DNA of 64,000 nucleotides from an uncultured Verrucomicrobiae bacterium (GTDB taxonomy: Bacteria > Verrucomicrobiota > Verrucomicrobiia > Chthoniobacterales > Chthoniobacteraceae), in contig CAVYKI010000003.1 of NCBI GenBank assembly GCA_963769025.1, positions 544,001-608,000 on the forward strand. The letters run 5' to 3'. The notes beneath the pieces are model-generated. The model did no database searches, had not been told where the DNA came from, and was given only the letters and a program-made list of their open reading frames with translations. Positions 23,263 through 34,518 of the stretch are shown piece by piece. A program made the position numbers and the translations under genes. Every line of letters starts with the position of its first letter. Positions within the stretch are counted from its first letter, which is position 1.

Positions 23263-24061
23263 GCGGAAAGAACGCGGCGCCGTCCTTTGCATGGACGGTG
23301 AGACCGGAGGACTTCCAATCGGCGGCGGCCTCGACGTTGTTCACCTCCGGCGGCGGATCGATCAGCAGAAACGCACGGCGCTTCTGGCAATACGTCATGG
23401 CCGCGGCGAAGATGTCGTTGGGGCTGACGGTCGCGTCGAGCTTGGCGGGATTTCCGGCCTGGGCGAGCGTGGCGTCGGGGATCGAGAGCAGGTTGAAGAG
23501 GTCAACTTTCTCGAGGGCATAGATGCCGGTGAACGCGGCTTCGTTGCCGATGAGGTCGGCCGTCTTCGGGAGTTCGGTCCCATCGTCGCCGAGCGTCCCC
23601 TTTTTCTGTGCGAGCGCATCGCGTGTCGTGCCCAGCCAGTAGCGTCCGACGTTGGCGGTGGCATTGGCAGCGCCGAGTTTCACGTCGCCGAGCGCGTTAT
23701 TCGCCGCCGGAGTGCCCGCGGTGAAAGTGAGCGATGCGTCGTAGGCCGCGATATCCGCACCGAAGTCGGCGATGACGCGGACCCCGAGGCCGGAACTGCT
23801 GGGGACACAACGCACGGCGGCGCCGGCGACATCGGGCACATCTTGGAGGGCCAGATTGATCTTTCGCTCCAAGAGGCGGCACAGGCCGAGCACCGACGTG
23901 GGAAGGGTCTCGTCCTTCGCGATGAAGGGGACGGTGACTGCGGCAATTTTCCCGGCGGGAAGGTCGCTGGTGATCTTGAACGAGTAGTCCTTGAGGTTAT
24001 CCAGATCCGCAAAATCGATGTCGCCACCGGCCGTACCGACCCAAGATTCGAAGGGGCGGAG
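23263..24061 (-). pseudogene. Internal fragment of a contractile tail sheath protein (phage/eCIS)
   Basis: G.DG..P...DLIG.....TGIYALEKVDLFNLLSIP...AAMTYCQKRRAFLLIDPP...W......AAFFPR is the start of the sheath subtilisin-like domain. The frame opens after a TAG at 24062-24064 with no start codon and breaks right after FFPR. The C-terminal sheath domain is absent. Confidence 0.8.
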
Positions 24062-24084
24062 CTACGGGACTGGCAGCGCCATCA

Positions 24085-24843
24085 TCAGCCGTTCCACGAA
24101 TTGCCGTCCCAGCGGATCACGCGCTCGATCAGCGACGCCACGTCATCCGCGAACAGGCGGAACAGCGTCTCGCCTTTCTCCGCCGAGGCGAGATGCGGCT
24201 GGCCGATGTGGCCGGGCACGGTGCGCTCGCGCGTGATCCAGCCCCGGGTCGCGGGCGCGAATGACGGGGTAAAATCCACCGGCGGCGTTTTGCGATAGTC
24301 GCCGACGAGCTGCGGCGCGATGCGGAGCATCATCGACGTCTCCCACTCGCACGCGTGGCCCATCTGGCGCTGCACGAGCGTCGCGTCTGTCTCCCACGGC
24401 CGCGCGCCGAGGTCCCAATACGTCGAGAAGATCAAGGCCACATCATCGCGCTGCCGGTGCCGCTGCCGCAGCTCGAACACCGCCTGCTTCCCGGGGACGT
24501 CGTTCCCGCCGTGCCCGTTCACGAAGACGATGCGCCGGAATCCGTGCCGGACGAAATTTTCCGCCAGCCCGTTCAGCATGTCGAGATACACGCGCGGCGC
24601 GGCCGAGAGTGTGCCGGAGAAATCCAGGTGATGGTCGGAGTTTCCCAGCCACATCAACGGCGCAAAAAGTGCGGATTTCTCAAACCGCGCCGCCACACGC
24701 CTCACGATTTCGCCGCACAGCATGCTGTCGGTGAACAACGGCATGTGATGCCCGTGCTGCTCGAGTGCCGCGACGGGGATGATGACCGGCGTGTCCTTCG
24801 GGAGTGCCGCCACGACAGGCCAGGGGAGATCCGTGAGATTCAT
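24085..24843 (-). CDS. Creatininase / creatinine amidohydrolase family protein
   Basis: EQHGHHMPLFTD, GNSDHH, NGHGGN, GHACEWETS, ASAEKG. Intact. Confidence 0.92.
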   Translation of the reverse strand: MNLTDLPWPVVAALPKDTPVIIPVAALEQHGHHMPLFTDSMLCGEIVRRVAARFEKSALFAPLMWLGNSDHHLDFSGTLSAAPRVYLDMLNGLAENFVRHGFRRIVFVNGHGGNDVPGKQAVFELRQRHRQRDDVALIFSTYWDLGARPWETDATLVQRQMGHACEWETSMMLRIAPQLVGDYRKTPPVDFTPSFAPATRGWITRERTVPGHIGQPHLASAEKGETLFRLFADDVASLIERVIRWDGNSWNG

Positions 24844-24900
24844 GATGCGACTCTGTCAGAATGCTTTCCAGATTGGCCAGCCCCGGCGAGCGAGTCCGTG

Positions 24901-25107
24901 CTAGGCGAGAATCTCCCGGAGCACGCTGCCGTGATCGCGTTCGAGCCGTTTGCGACCGGGGACTTCGAGTCGGCGGGAGTCGAGGCCGAGCTGGTGCATG
25001 ATGGTCGCATGCACATCGGTGACATAGTGCGGGTGCTCGGTGACGAGGAAGCCTAGTTCGTCCGTCGCGCCCTGGATCGTTCCGCCTTTGATCCCGCCTC
25101 CGGCCAT
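24901..25107 (-). pseudogene. C-terminal 68-aa fragment of a DUF1501 gene
   Basis: [19 protein letters not shown]...[17 protein letters not shown]...G.VLREILA* matches the tails of the paralogs at 17878 and 38835. Nothing homologous lies upstream; a divergent gene starts about 50 bp away. Confidence 0.8.
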
Positions 25108-25127
25108 CCTCCGCGTTTTGTCCCCAC

Positions 25128-25168
25128 GATGGGGCATTCTGCGGGGTTGTGTTTGGGAATGCCCCATC
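25128..25168. repeat. Perfect 12-bp inverted repeat covering a start codon
   Basis: GATGGGGCATTC (25128-25139), 17-nt spacer, GAATGCCCCATC (25157-25168). The right arm contains the ATG at 25159. Confidence 0.75.
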
Positions 25169-27400
25169 TCGCCTCATCATTTCCATTGCTGCTCGTCTGC
25201 AGCGCCGTCCTCGCAGCCATCACGTTGCGCGGCTCTGCGGCGGGGGCGGAGCGTCCGGTGAGTTTTGCGAATGACGTGATGCCGATCCTGACGAAGGCGT
25301 CGTGCAACTCCGGCGCGTGCCATGCGAAGGCGGGGATGGGGCAGCGCGGGTTCCGGCTGTCGCTGCTCGGCTTTGAGCCGGAGGAGGATTACGAGCACAT
25401 CGTGAAGGAAGGGCACGGGCGGCGTGTTTTCCCGGCCGCGCCGGAGCAGAGCCTGCTGCTGCTGAAGGCGGCGAACATCGTGCCGCACGGCGGCGGGAAG
25501 AAGCTCGATCCGAAGTCGGACGGCTACAAGACGATCGTCCGGTGGATCGGCGAAGGCATGGCCTTTTGGAAAGGACACGGACGCGAAGCTGGTGTCCATC
25601 GAGGTGCAGCCGAGCAAGGGCTCGATGAAGGTCGAACTCGCAGCAGCAGCTCAAGGTGCTCGGCGCACTACTCCGACGGCTCGGTCCGCGATGTGACGCG
25701 CACGGCGCTCTACGAGCCGAACGACAAAAACATGGCGGAGACGGGCGAGGACGGGCTGGTGAAGATCGCTCGATCTCCCCGGCAACGTCGCGGTGATGGT
25801 GCGCTATCAGGGGCTGGTGTCGGTTTTCAGCGCGTCGATTCCGCTCGGCGCCCCGGTGGAAAATCTGCCGCCGGCGAAGAACTTCATCGACGAGCTGGTC
25901 TTTGCGAATCTGAAGCGGATCGGCATGCCGCCGTCGCCGGTGTGCGACGATGCGACGTTCCTGCGCCGCGTCTCGCTCGATATCGCCGGCCGTCTGCCGA
26001 CCGATGGAGGAGACGAAGGCGTTCCTCGCGAGCAAGGACGCCGGACAAGCGCGACCAGCTGATCGAGACGCTGCTGCAGCAGCCCGGACTACGCGGATTA
26101 CTTCGCCGAACAAGTGGACGCCGCTGCTGCACAACAAGCGCGACGCGGCCAGCGACATCACGGCGAACTTCGCCTTCCACTCCTGGGTGCGCGACAGCCT
26201 GCTCGCGAACACGCCGTACGACCAGATGGTGCGCGAGCTCCTCGCCGCGACCGGGACGATCGCATCGAATCCCGCCGTCGCCTGGTACAAGCGCGTGAAG
26301 GAGCCGACGCAGCAGCTCGAGGACGTGGCGCAGCTTTTCCTCGGCGTGCGGATGCAGTGCGCGCAGTGCCATCACCATCCGTTCGAGCGCTGGAGCCAGG
26401 ACGACTACTACAGCTTCGCGGCGTTCTTCAGCCAGGTCGGCCGCAAGCCGACGACGACCGCGGGCGAGGACCTGATCTTCCACAAGCGCGGCATCGCGCA
26501 GACGGAGAACAAGAAGACCCGGCTGCCGGTGAAGCCCGCCGCGCTCGGCGCGCCGACGCTGGACATTCCGCCGGACGAAGATCCGCGCCTGCAGCTCGCC
26601 GACTGGCTGAGCGACAAGACGAATCCGTTCTTCGCCAAGTCGCTGGTGAATCGTTACTGGAAGCACTTCTTCCAGCGCGGCCTGATCGAGCCGGAGGACG
26701 ACATCCGCGACACGAATCCGCCGACCAATCCCGAGCTGCTCGACGCGCTGGCGAAGCACTTCATCGAGAGCGGCTACGATCTGAAGGACGTGGTGCGCGT
26801 CGATCACGCAGTCGACGCACCTACCAGCTCAGCGCGAAGCCGAACGAGCACAACGGCGTCGATCGGCAGAACTTCTCGCGCTATTACCCGAAGCATCTGC
26901 CGGCCGAGGTGCTGCTCGATGCGATCGACCAGTTCACCGGCACGCAGACGGACTTCGCCGACCTGCCGCCGGGCACGCGCGCGATCGCGCTGCCGGACAA
27001 CAGCTACAACCGCAGCTCGCGGTTTCCTGAAAGTGTTCGGCCGGCCGGAAGGCGCGAGCGTCTGCGAGTGCGAGCGCGTGCAGTCGTCGAGCCTCGCGCA
27101 GAGCCTGCACCTCATGAATGCCGCCGACGTGAAGGCGAAGCTCGCCACGAGCAATGGCCGCGCGGATCGCCTGGCGAAGGCGACGGCGCCGGAATCCGGA
27201 GAAGCTCCGCGAGCTTTACCTCGCCGCATTTTCCCGCGAGCCGCGCGCGGACGAGTTGCAGATCGCCGAGGCGTATCTCGCCAAGCCGCGCTTCGACGCC
27301 GCAGGGCAAGCCGCTCGACCCGCAGACGGCCAAGCGCCAGGCCTACGAGGACCTCCTCTGGGCGCTGATCAACACCAAGGAATTTCTCTACAACCACTGA
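25159..27400 (+). CDS. Ig-like + DUF1549 + DUF1553 protein; frameshifted
   Basis: [107 protein letters not shown]. Confidence 0.87.
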
Positions 27401-27404
27401 TCGC

Positions 27405-29685
27405 ATGTTCCGTCCCTCCATCCTCCCCGTCCTCGCTCGGCGCCGCGTCGCTGTGGCTCGCTTCCGCATCCGTCGCCCAGCAGGTCTGCCTGCCGGCGCC
27501 GCGCCTGCTCACGCTCATGCCGATGGGCGGCCAGGCGGGCACGAGCGTCGAAGTCGACGATCACCGGCGAGAACATCGACGACGCGAGCGAGCTGCTCTT
27601 CTCCACGCCGAAGATCACCGCGAAAGCGAAGACCGCGCGCGGACGGAAAGGTGGAGCCGAACAAGTTCATCGTCACCATCGCCGCCGACGCGCCCGCGTC
27701 GGCGTGCATGATGCCCGGGTGATGACCCGGCTCGGCATTTCGTCGGCGCGCGCATTTTCCGTCGGCACGCTGCCGGAGGTGACGCGCGACGAAGCCGAAC
27801 ACCTCGCTCGCGAACCGCGCTGGAACTCAAGCCGAACTCCGTCTGCAACGCGGCGATGACGAAGCGCGCGGTCGATTTCTACTCCTTCGAGGCGACGAAG
27901 GGCAAGCGCGTGGTCGTGGACTGCGCAGCGGCGGGCATCGACTCGAAGCTGACGCCGTGCTCATCGTCGCCGATGCGCAGGGGCGCGATCTGCTCGGTGA
28001 ACCGCACCGGCGGCGTGCTCGACTTCACGCCGCCCGCCGACGGCAGGTATCTCATCAAGGTGCACGACCTCACGTTTCAAGGCGGGCCCGAGCATTTCTA
28101 TCGTCTCGCGCTGCTGGACGCGCCCGGCACCGGGCCCGACGCCGCGCCAGCCGGCGACGGGCACGGTGAGCTCCATTCTCGTGGACGCCCGGAGGCCTCG
28201 GCGAAGCTCCCGCAAACGCGCGGAGACGGAGCCGAACAACCAGCACGGCGAAGCGCAGAAGATCACGCTGCCGTGCGACGATCGCGGGCCGCTTCTTTCC
28301 CGGCGGCGGATGTGGACACCTTCGAGTTCACCGCGAAGAAGGGCGAGGTGTGGTGGATCGAGGTCGCCTCGGAGCGGCTCGGGCTTGCCGACCGATCCGT
28401 TCGTCCTCGTGCAGCGCGTCACGACGGAAGGCGGCGCGGAGAAGCTCACGGACGTCGCGGAACTCAACGACATCGCCCAGCCCGATGAAGCTGTCCACCA
28501 ACGGCTACTCCTACGACGGCCCGCCCTACGACGCCGGCTCGGCCGATCCGCTCGGCAAGCTGGAGATCAAGGAAGACGGCATCTATCGGCTGCAAATGCG
28601 CGACCTTTTCGGCGGCACGCGCGACCGAACCCGAACCACATCTACCGGCTCATCGTGCGGAAGGCGGCGCCGGACTTCGCGCTCGTCGCCTGGGCGCTGC
28701 ACATGACGCTGCGCAACGGCGACCGCAACGCGCTCTCGAAGCCGATCGCCCTGCGCGGCGGCGCGACGATGGCGCTGGAGGTCGTCGTCGGTGCGCAAGG
28801 ACGGCTTCGACGGCGAGATCGAGCTGGCGCATGGAGGACCTGCCCGCGGGCGTCAGCGCATGCGGCCTGAAGATTCCCGCCGGCAAGACGCAAGGGCATG
28901 ATGCTGATCACCGCGCAGGAAGACGCAGCCGCGCTCGTTTGCGACCGTGGCGAAGATCGTCGGCCGCGCGCAGATCGATGGCGCGACCGTGAGCCATGCG
29001 GGCCGGCTCGCCTCGATGGCATGGCCGTGCGCGACGCGACCCAGGAGATTCCGAGGCCGCGCCTGCTGGCCGATGTGCCGGTGTCGGTCGGCGCATTGCG
29101 AAGGCGCGCCGCTCAGCGATCGCGCCGCGGAGAAGAAGGTCTGGGAGGCGACGGCAGGCGACAAGCTCACCATTCCGCTCAAGGTGACCTGGCGCAGCGA
29201 ATTCGCCGGCACGTCGATCAAGCTGAAGGCGTTTGGCGATGGCCTCGAAGGCGTGAAGGAATTCGACGTGCCTCTGAAGGCAGCCAGCCCCGAAGCGGTG
29301 CTCGACCTGGCCGCACTGAAGACTCCTCCCGGCGAATACACCGTCGCATTCTACGGCCCCGCCGTGGTCAAGTACCGCCACAATCCCGACGCGGTGAGAA
29401 CCGCTGAGCAGGAGCAAAAGAAGGCCGAGCAGGAAGCGCTGGCCATCGCTGAAGCCGCCAAAAAGCTCGCCGACGAGGCGAAGGCCGCACCCGCGGGGAA
29501 AAAATGCCGAGGCTGACAATGCGGCGAGGGCGGCGGCGGATAAGCTGAAGGCCGCGGAAGCCATGAAGGCAACCTCTGCGATTCGCATGAAGGCCGCGAC
29601 CGACGCCGCGATGCCGAAGGACACGGCGGAAATCGTGGTCTCGGAACCGATCCGGATTCTCATCAAGGCAGCGGCCAAGAAATGA
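27405..29685 (+). CDS. PPC-repeat protein with C-terminal Ala/Lys-rich coiled coil; heavily frameshifted
   Basis: PMGGQAGTSVEV, VDFYSF, YLIKVHDLTFQGG..FYRL, ETEPNN, DVDTFEF, DP..L, YRL.VR..APDF, RKDGFDGEI. Tail EQEQKKAEQEALAIAEAAKKLADEAKAA. TGA at 29683-29685. Confidence 0.78.
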
Positions 29686-32009
29686 GCCGCCGCCTTTCGA
29701 CCACCATGGGCGATGGGCGCAGGCGTGCTGTTCCTCATCAGCACTTCGGCGATGGGCGCCGAGCTCGATTTTTACCGCGACGTCTATCCGTTGCTGAAGG
29801 CCAACTGCATCTCCTGCCACAACAAGACCACGACCAAAGGCGGGGCTGAACATGGAGTCGCCGGAGCTGATGAAAAAGGGCGGCGACACCGGGCCCGGAC
29901 TCATCCCCGGCAAAGGGCGCGGAAAGCCTCATCGTGCCGCGCGGCCGCGCATCTCGACGAAGACCTGCTCATGCCACCCAAGAACAACAAATCCGGCGCG
30001 GTGGATCTCACGACGAGCGAGGTCGAGCTGTTGAAAACGTGGATCGACCAGGGCGCGAAGCAATCCGTCCAGCAGGCGCGGCAAGTGGCGTGGCAGCCGC
30101 TCCCGCCAGGCGTGAATCCGATCTACACCGTGGCGATGACGAAGGACGGGCGCTTCGCCGCATGCGGACGCGCGAATCAGATTTTCCTGTACGATCTCGC
30201 GACGCGGCAGTTCATCACGCGCCTCGCCGATTCCAGCGGCGTCGCGCATCGCTCGCTGGTGCAGTCGCTGGCGTTCAGCCCGGACGGCACGCGGCTCGCG
30301 AGCGGGAGTTTCCGCGAGGTGAAAATCTGGCGTCTTGAGAATGGGAAGCCTGCGCCGGCAACCACGGACGCCGCGCCTTCCCGGCAGGCTGACGAGGCAC
30401 TGCTCAAGAAAGTCGCGGACACAGCGCAAGGTGGAGATTTTGAACCACGCGCTCTCACCCGACGGCAAACAGCTCGCTACCGGCTGCGCCGACGGCTCGG
30501 TGCGCGTGTGGGACGTGGCGACGGCGAAGCCGATCATCGAGTTGCGCGGCAGCGTGGCGGCGAGCCGACAGATCGCGGCGCTGGAGTGGACGGTCGCGGC
30601 GCAGGCACTGGAGCAGTCATTTCACAAGTCCGAGGTGACCCGCATCGAGGCGCAGAACAAGGCGCTCGACGAACTGCTCAAGAAGGCGAACGACACCATC
30701 GTGGCGATGAAGAAGGCGCTGCCGGAAAAGGAGAAGGCCGTGAAGCCGGCGCAGGAAGCGAAGGCCGCTGCGCAGAAGGCGCTGGACGACGTGGCCGCCC
30801 TCATCGCAAAGGCGCCCGATGGCAAACCGGATGCCGCGCTTGCGAAGCAGCAGAAGGACGCGCTCGACAAGCTCGCCATTGCCACGAGGGCGGAGAAGTC
30901 GGCGGTCGCCGCGTTTTGCGGCGGTCGAAAGCAACATCAAGGACGCGGAGACCGACGTGAAACGCATCACCGAGGCGAAGGCGAGGAACATCGCGGAACT
31001 GGCTGCCGTGAATGCCGCGATCGACGGCGGCGAAGAAACTGCAGGACAAGGCCGCCGCCGAACTCGCCGCATTGCAGCAGGCGCTCGCGAAGGGCGGCGC
31101 GAAGCCGCATGGCCGTGGCCTTTTCCGCGGATGCGCAGAAAGTCGCCGCGATGCTGGGCGACGGCACGCTCACCGTCTGGGCCGTCGCCTCGGGAATCCC
31201 CATCGAGGAAATCGGCGGCTCAACCGCTCCCGTGACGACGCTGACCGCCGCGCCGGACGGGACTTTCACCGCGTCGAAGACGGTGACTTTGACGACGGCC
31301 GCCGCGCCGCGCTGGGTGCTGGAGCGAACGCTCGGCGGGGAGGCGGGCGACTCTCCTTTTGCCGATCGCGTGAATGCCGTGCGCTTCAGTCCGGACGGCA
31401 AGACTGCTCGCGACCGGGGGCGGCGAACCTTCGCGCTCCGGCGACATCAGCCTCTTCGATGCGACGAGCGGCAAGCTGCTAAAATCGTGGAACGAGCGGC
31501 ATTCGGACGCCGTGCTCAGCCTCGATTTCTCCCCCGACGGAAAACTCCTCGCCTCGGGCGGCGCGGACAAGATCGCACGCGTCACGGACATCGCGACCGG
31601 CAGGCAGGTGAACCTCTTTGAAGGCCACACGCACCACGTGATGGGCGTCGCGTTCCGCGCGGATGGCCGCGTGCTCGCGACCGCAGGTGGCGACGGGGTC
31701 GGTGCTCGTGTGGGACATGATCATCGGGCGAGCGGAAGAAGAAGATCGAAGGCTGGGCGAAGGAGGTCACCTCGCTTGCAGTTCATCGGTGCCACGCAGC
31801 AGATCGTCACCTCGGCCGGCGACAATCTCATGCGCATCGTCAACGACGACGGCACGGAGGTCCGCGCCATGGCGAAGCTGCCCGATTTCATGCAAGCCGC
31901 CGCAAGCACCGCGAACGCGAGCGTGATCATCGGCGGCGGCGAGGACAGCGTGCTGCGCGTCTGGGACGGTACGAATGGCAAGGAACTCGCCGTCTTTGGA
32001 GCCAAATAG
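29682..32009 (+). CDS. Planctomycete cytochrome c + WD40 repeat protein with internal coiled coil; frameshifted
   Basis: ATGA overlap with the PPC gene. DFYRDVYPLLKANCISCH..MPP..WIDQGA; WD repeats (FSPDGTRLASG, SVRVWD, HSDAVLSLDFSPDGK, FEGHTHHV); long A/K/E-rich helix about 30.6-31.1k. Confidence 0.85.
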
Positions 32010-32049
32010 AATCGCACGAGCCGCCTCATCCACTTCAGACCCCACTCCC

Positions 32050-33496
32050 ATGCCATCATCCAACAACGCGTCCTCACTCCTCCACTGCCGCGGCCCGATC
32101 AGCCGCCGCGGATTCATGCGCGTCGGGCTCTCCGGTTTCGCGACTCTGAGCCTGCCAGGGCTGCTGCGCTTGCGCGCAGAGAATGCGGCTCAAGCCGCCG
32201 CAGGAAAGAACCGCGGTGATCATGGTGTGGCTGCTCGGCGGACTCTCGCACGTGGACACGTACGACCCGAAGCCGGACATCGGCAGCGAGTATCGCGGGC
32301 CGTTCAAGACCATCGGCACGAAGGTGCCCGGCACTGCGCATCACCGAGCTGCTGCCGATGCAGGCGAAGATCGCGGACAAATTCACGGTGCTGCGCTCGA
32401 TGACGCACCGCCGGCGGACATCCCGCGGGCATCGATGCAGATGCTCTCGGGCGATCCGGACGAGCGCGACAAGCCCAAGCCGAAACTCCCCGACTGGATG
32501 TGCGTGGCCAATTACCTGCGCTCGAAAAATGCGGAGCGGACCAACCCGCTGCCGAACTATGTCGGCGGTGAATCCGCATCGGGAATACGTACGCAGGCCC
32601 GGCGTATCTCGGCGACGCGTACTCGCCGTTCGCGGTGATGGACGACCCGAACCGCCCGAACTTCGAGGTCCCCAACATCGGCCTGAGCCGATCCCGCGGA
32701 GACGCGCCGCCTCAGCGACCGCATCGCTGCTCCGGCAGAGTCTCGACACGCTGGAGCGCTCCTTCGACAAGGAAGGCGAACTGGGCGCGCTGGATCAGTT
32801 CGAGGCGCAGGCGCTGACGCTGCTGACGAACCCACGCACGCGCGACGCCTTCGACCTGGGCAAGGAGGACAAACAGACCCGCGACCGCTACGGACGCAAC
32901 CGCTGGGGCCAGCAGCTCCTGCTCGCACGCCGCCTGGTCGAGTCCGGGCGTGGAGATCATCACACAGCAACCTGCACGGCCCGCTGTGCGGACCGCGGTG
33001 CAACAACTGGGACGACCACGCGGTGAACAGCACCAGTGTTCGAGGCGCTGCGCTATCCGCTGCGGCGCCTACGATCAGGCCGTGTCGGCACTCATCGAGG
33101 ACATCTACGCCCGCGGGCTCGACAAGCGGGTGCTCGTCGTCGTCACCGGTGAATTTGGCCGCACGCCGAAGATCAGCTTCGACCGCAGCACCGGCGCGCA
33201 GCGCCGCGAGCGCCCCGGCAGGCACGCTGCAGCCCGGACGCGACCACTGGCCGCGGGCATTCTCAAACATCTGGGCCGGCGGCGGCATCCAGACCGGCGG
33301 CATCATCGGCGCGACCGACAAGCGCGGCGAAGACGTAGTCGAGCGCGCCTGCGGCCCCGGCGACTTCCTCTCGACGATCTACCATCACCTCGGCATCGAC
33401 GCGTCGAAGGTCACCATCAACGACTTCAACGGCCGACCGACGCATCTCGTGAACGACGGCCGACCGATCCCGGAGCTGATGGGACGCGCAATCTGA
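32050..33496 (+). CDS. DUF1501 family protein; frameshifted
   Basis: CRGPISRRGFMR, VWLLGGLSHVDTYDPKP, RYGRNRWGQQLLLARRLVESG, WDDH, GEFGRTP, GRDHWP, GRP..L...GRPI.EL. Confidence 0.9.
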
Positions 33497-33534
33497 GCGG
33501 GACGCACCGCAGTCCGAGCTGAACTGAAAAGGCC

Positions 33535-34518
33535 ATGCGTCCCGGGACTTTTGCAGCAGCACTGATCTTGGCGTCGGCGCCTTTTGAAAATCGCGCCTCG
33601 GCGCTCGAACCGAAGCACGAACCCGTGCGCGACTGGCCCGCCCTGCCGGAGGGTCACGTGCTCGGGCAGTGCGCTGGCGTCGGCGTGGATTCGCGGGGCA
33701 ACGTGTTTGTGTTTCACCGCAGCGGCCGGGAATGGAGCACTCCTTTTCCCGAGGATCCCATCGCGGCACCGACGGTGAGCGTGCTGGACGGTCGCAGCGG
33801 GAAGCTGCTCGCTTCATGGGGCGCGGGCGAATTCATCCTGCCGCACGGGCTGACGCTCGACCATGAGGACAACGTGTGGCTTACCGACGTAGGGCGGCAG
33901 CAGGTCTTCAAATTCACACACGACGGGAAATTGCTCATGACGCTCGGCGAGCGCGGCCGCGCGGGGGCGGATCAAAATCATTTCAACCTCCCGACCGACG
34001 TGGCGGTGCTCGCGGACGGATCGTTCTACGTGAGCGACGGCTACCGGAACACGCGCGTGGTGAAGTTCGATGCGGCGGGCCGCTACGAATTCGAGTGGGG
34101 CGGCAAGGGCGGCGAGCCGGGGCAGTTCAACCTCCCGCACGGGATCGCGGTGGACGGACGCGGGCGCGTGATCGTCTGCGATCGCAGCAACGCGCGGCTG
34201 CAGGTCTTCGATCCGCGCGGAAAATTTCTCGCCGAATGGAAAGGCCCGCAGATCGGCCGGCCGTACGGCGTGAGCGTCGGCGCGGATGGGCATGTATTCG
34301 CGGTGGATGGCGGCGACCAGGGCGCGACGAAGCCCGACCGCGGAAAAGTCGTGGAGCTCGATGCCGAGGGAAATCTCGTGGACAGCTTCGGCTCGGCGGG
34401 CAGCGGCCCGGGGCAGTTTCGGCTCGGTCACGACATCGCCGTTGCGCGCGACGGCTCGGTGTATGTGGCCGAAGGGAAGGGCAGGCGCGTGCAGAAATTC
34501 ACCCCGAGAAAGCCATGA
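33535..34518 (+). CDS. Peptidyl-alpha-hydroxyglycine alpha-amidating lyase (PAL)-like NHL-repeat protein
   Basis: Intact 327 aa with NHL repeats. LPHGLT, FNLPTDVA, SDGYRNTRV, LPHGIA, CDRSNARLQ, GHDIA. Confidence 0.85.
   Translation: MRPGTFAAALILASAPFENRASALEPKHEPVRDWPALPEGHVLGQCAGVGVDSRGNVFVFHRSGREWSTPFPEDPIAAPTVSVLDGRSGKLLASWGAGEFILPHGLTLDHEDNVWLTDVGRQQVFKFTHDGKLLMTLGERGRAGADQNHFNLPTDVAVLADGSFYVSDGYRNTRVVKFDAAGRYEFEWGGKGGEPGQFNLPHGIAVDGRGRVIVCDRSNARLQVFDPRGKFLAEWKGPQIGRPYGVSVGADGHVFAVDGGDQGATKPDRGKVVELDAEGNLVDSFGSAGSGPGQFRLGHDIAVARDGSVYVAEGKGRRVQKFTPRKP

Noticed and set aside
22616..24061. Intact prophage, T6SS or functional eCIS
   Set aside because: Only two gene fragments are present and no other structural genes.
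24085..24843. Mycofactocin (MftE) or other RiPP cluster
   Set aside because: No radical SAM enzyme, precursor or chaperone nearby; a generic creatininase family member.
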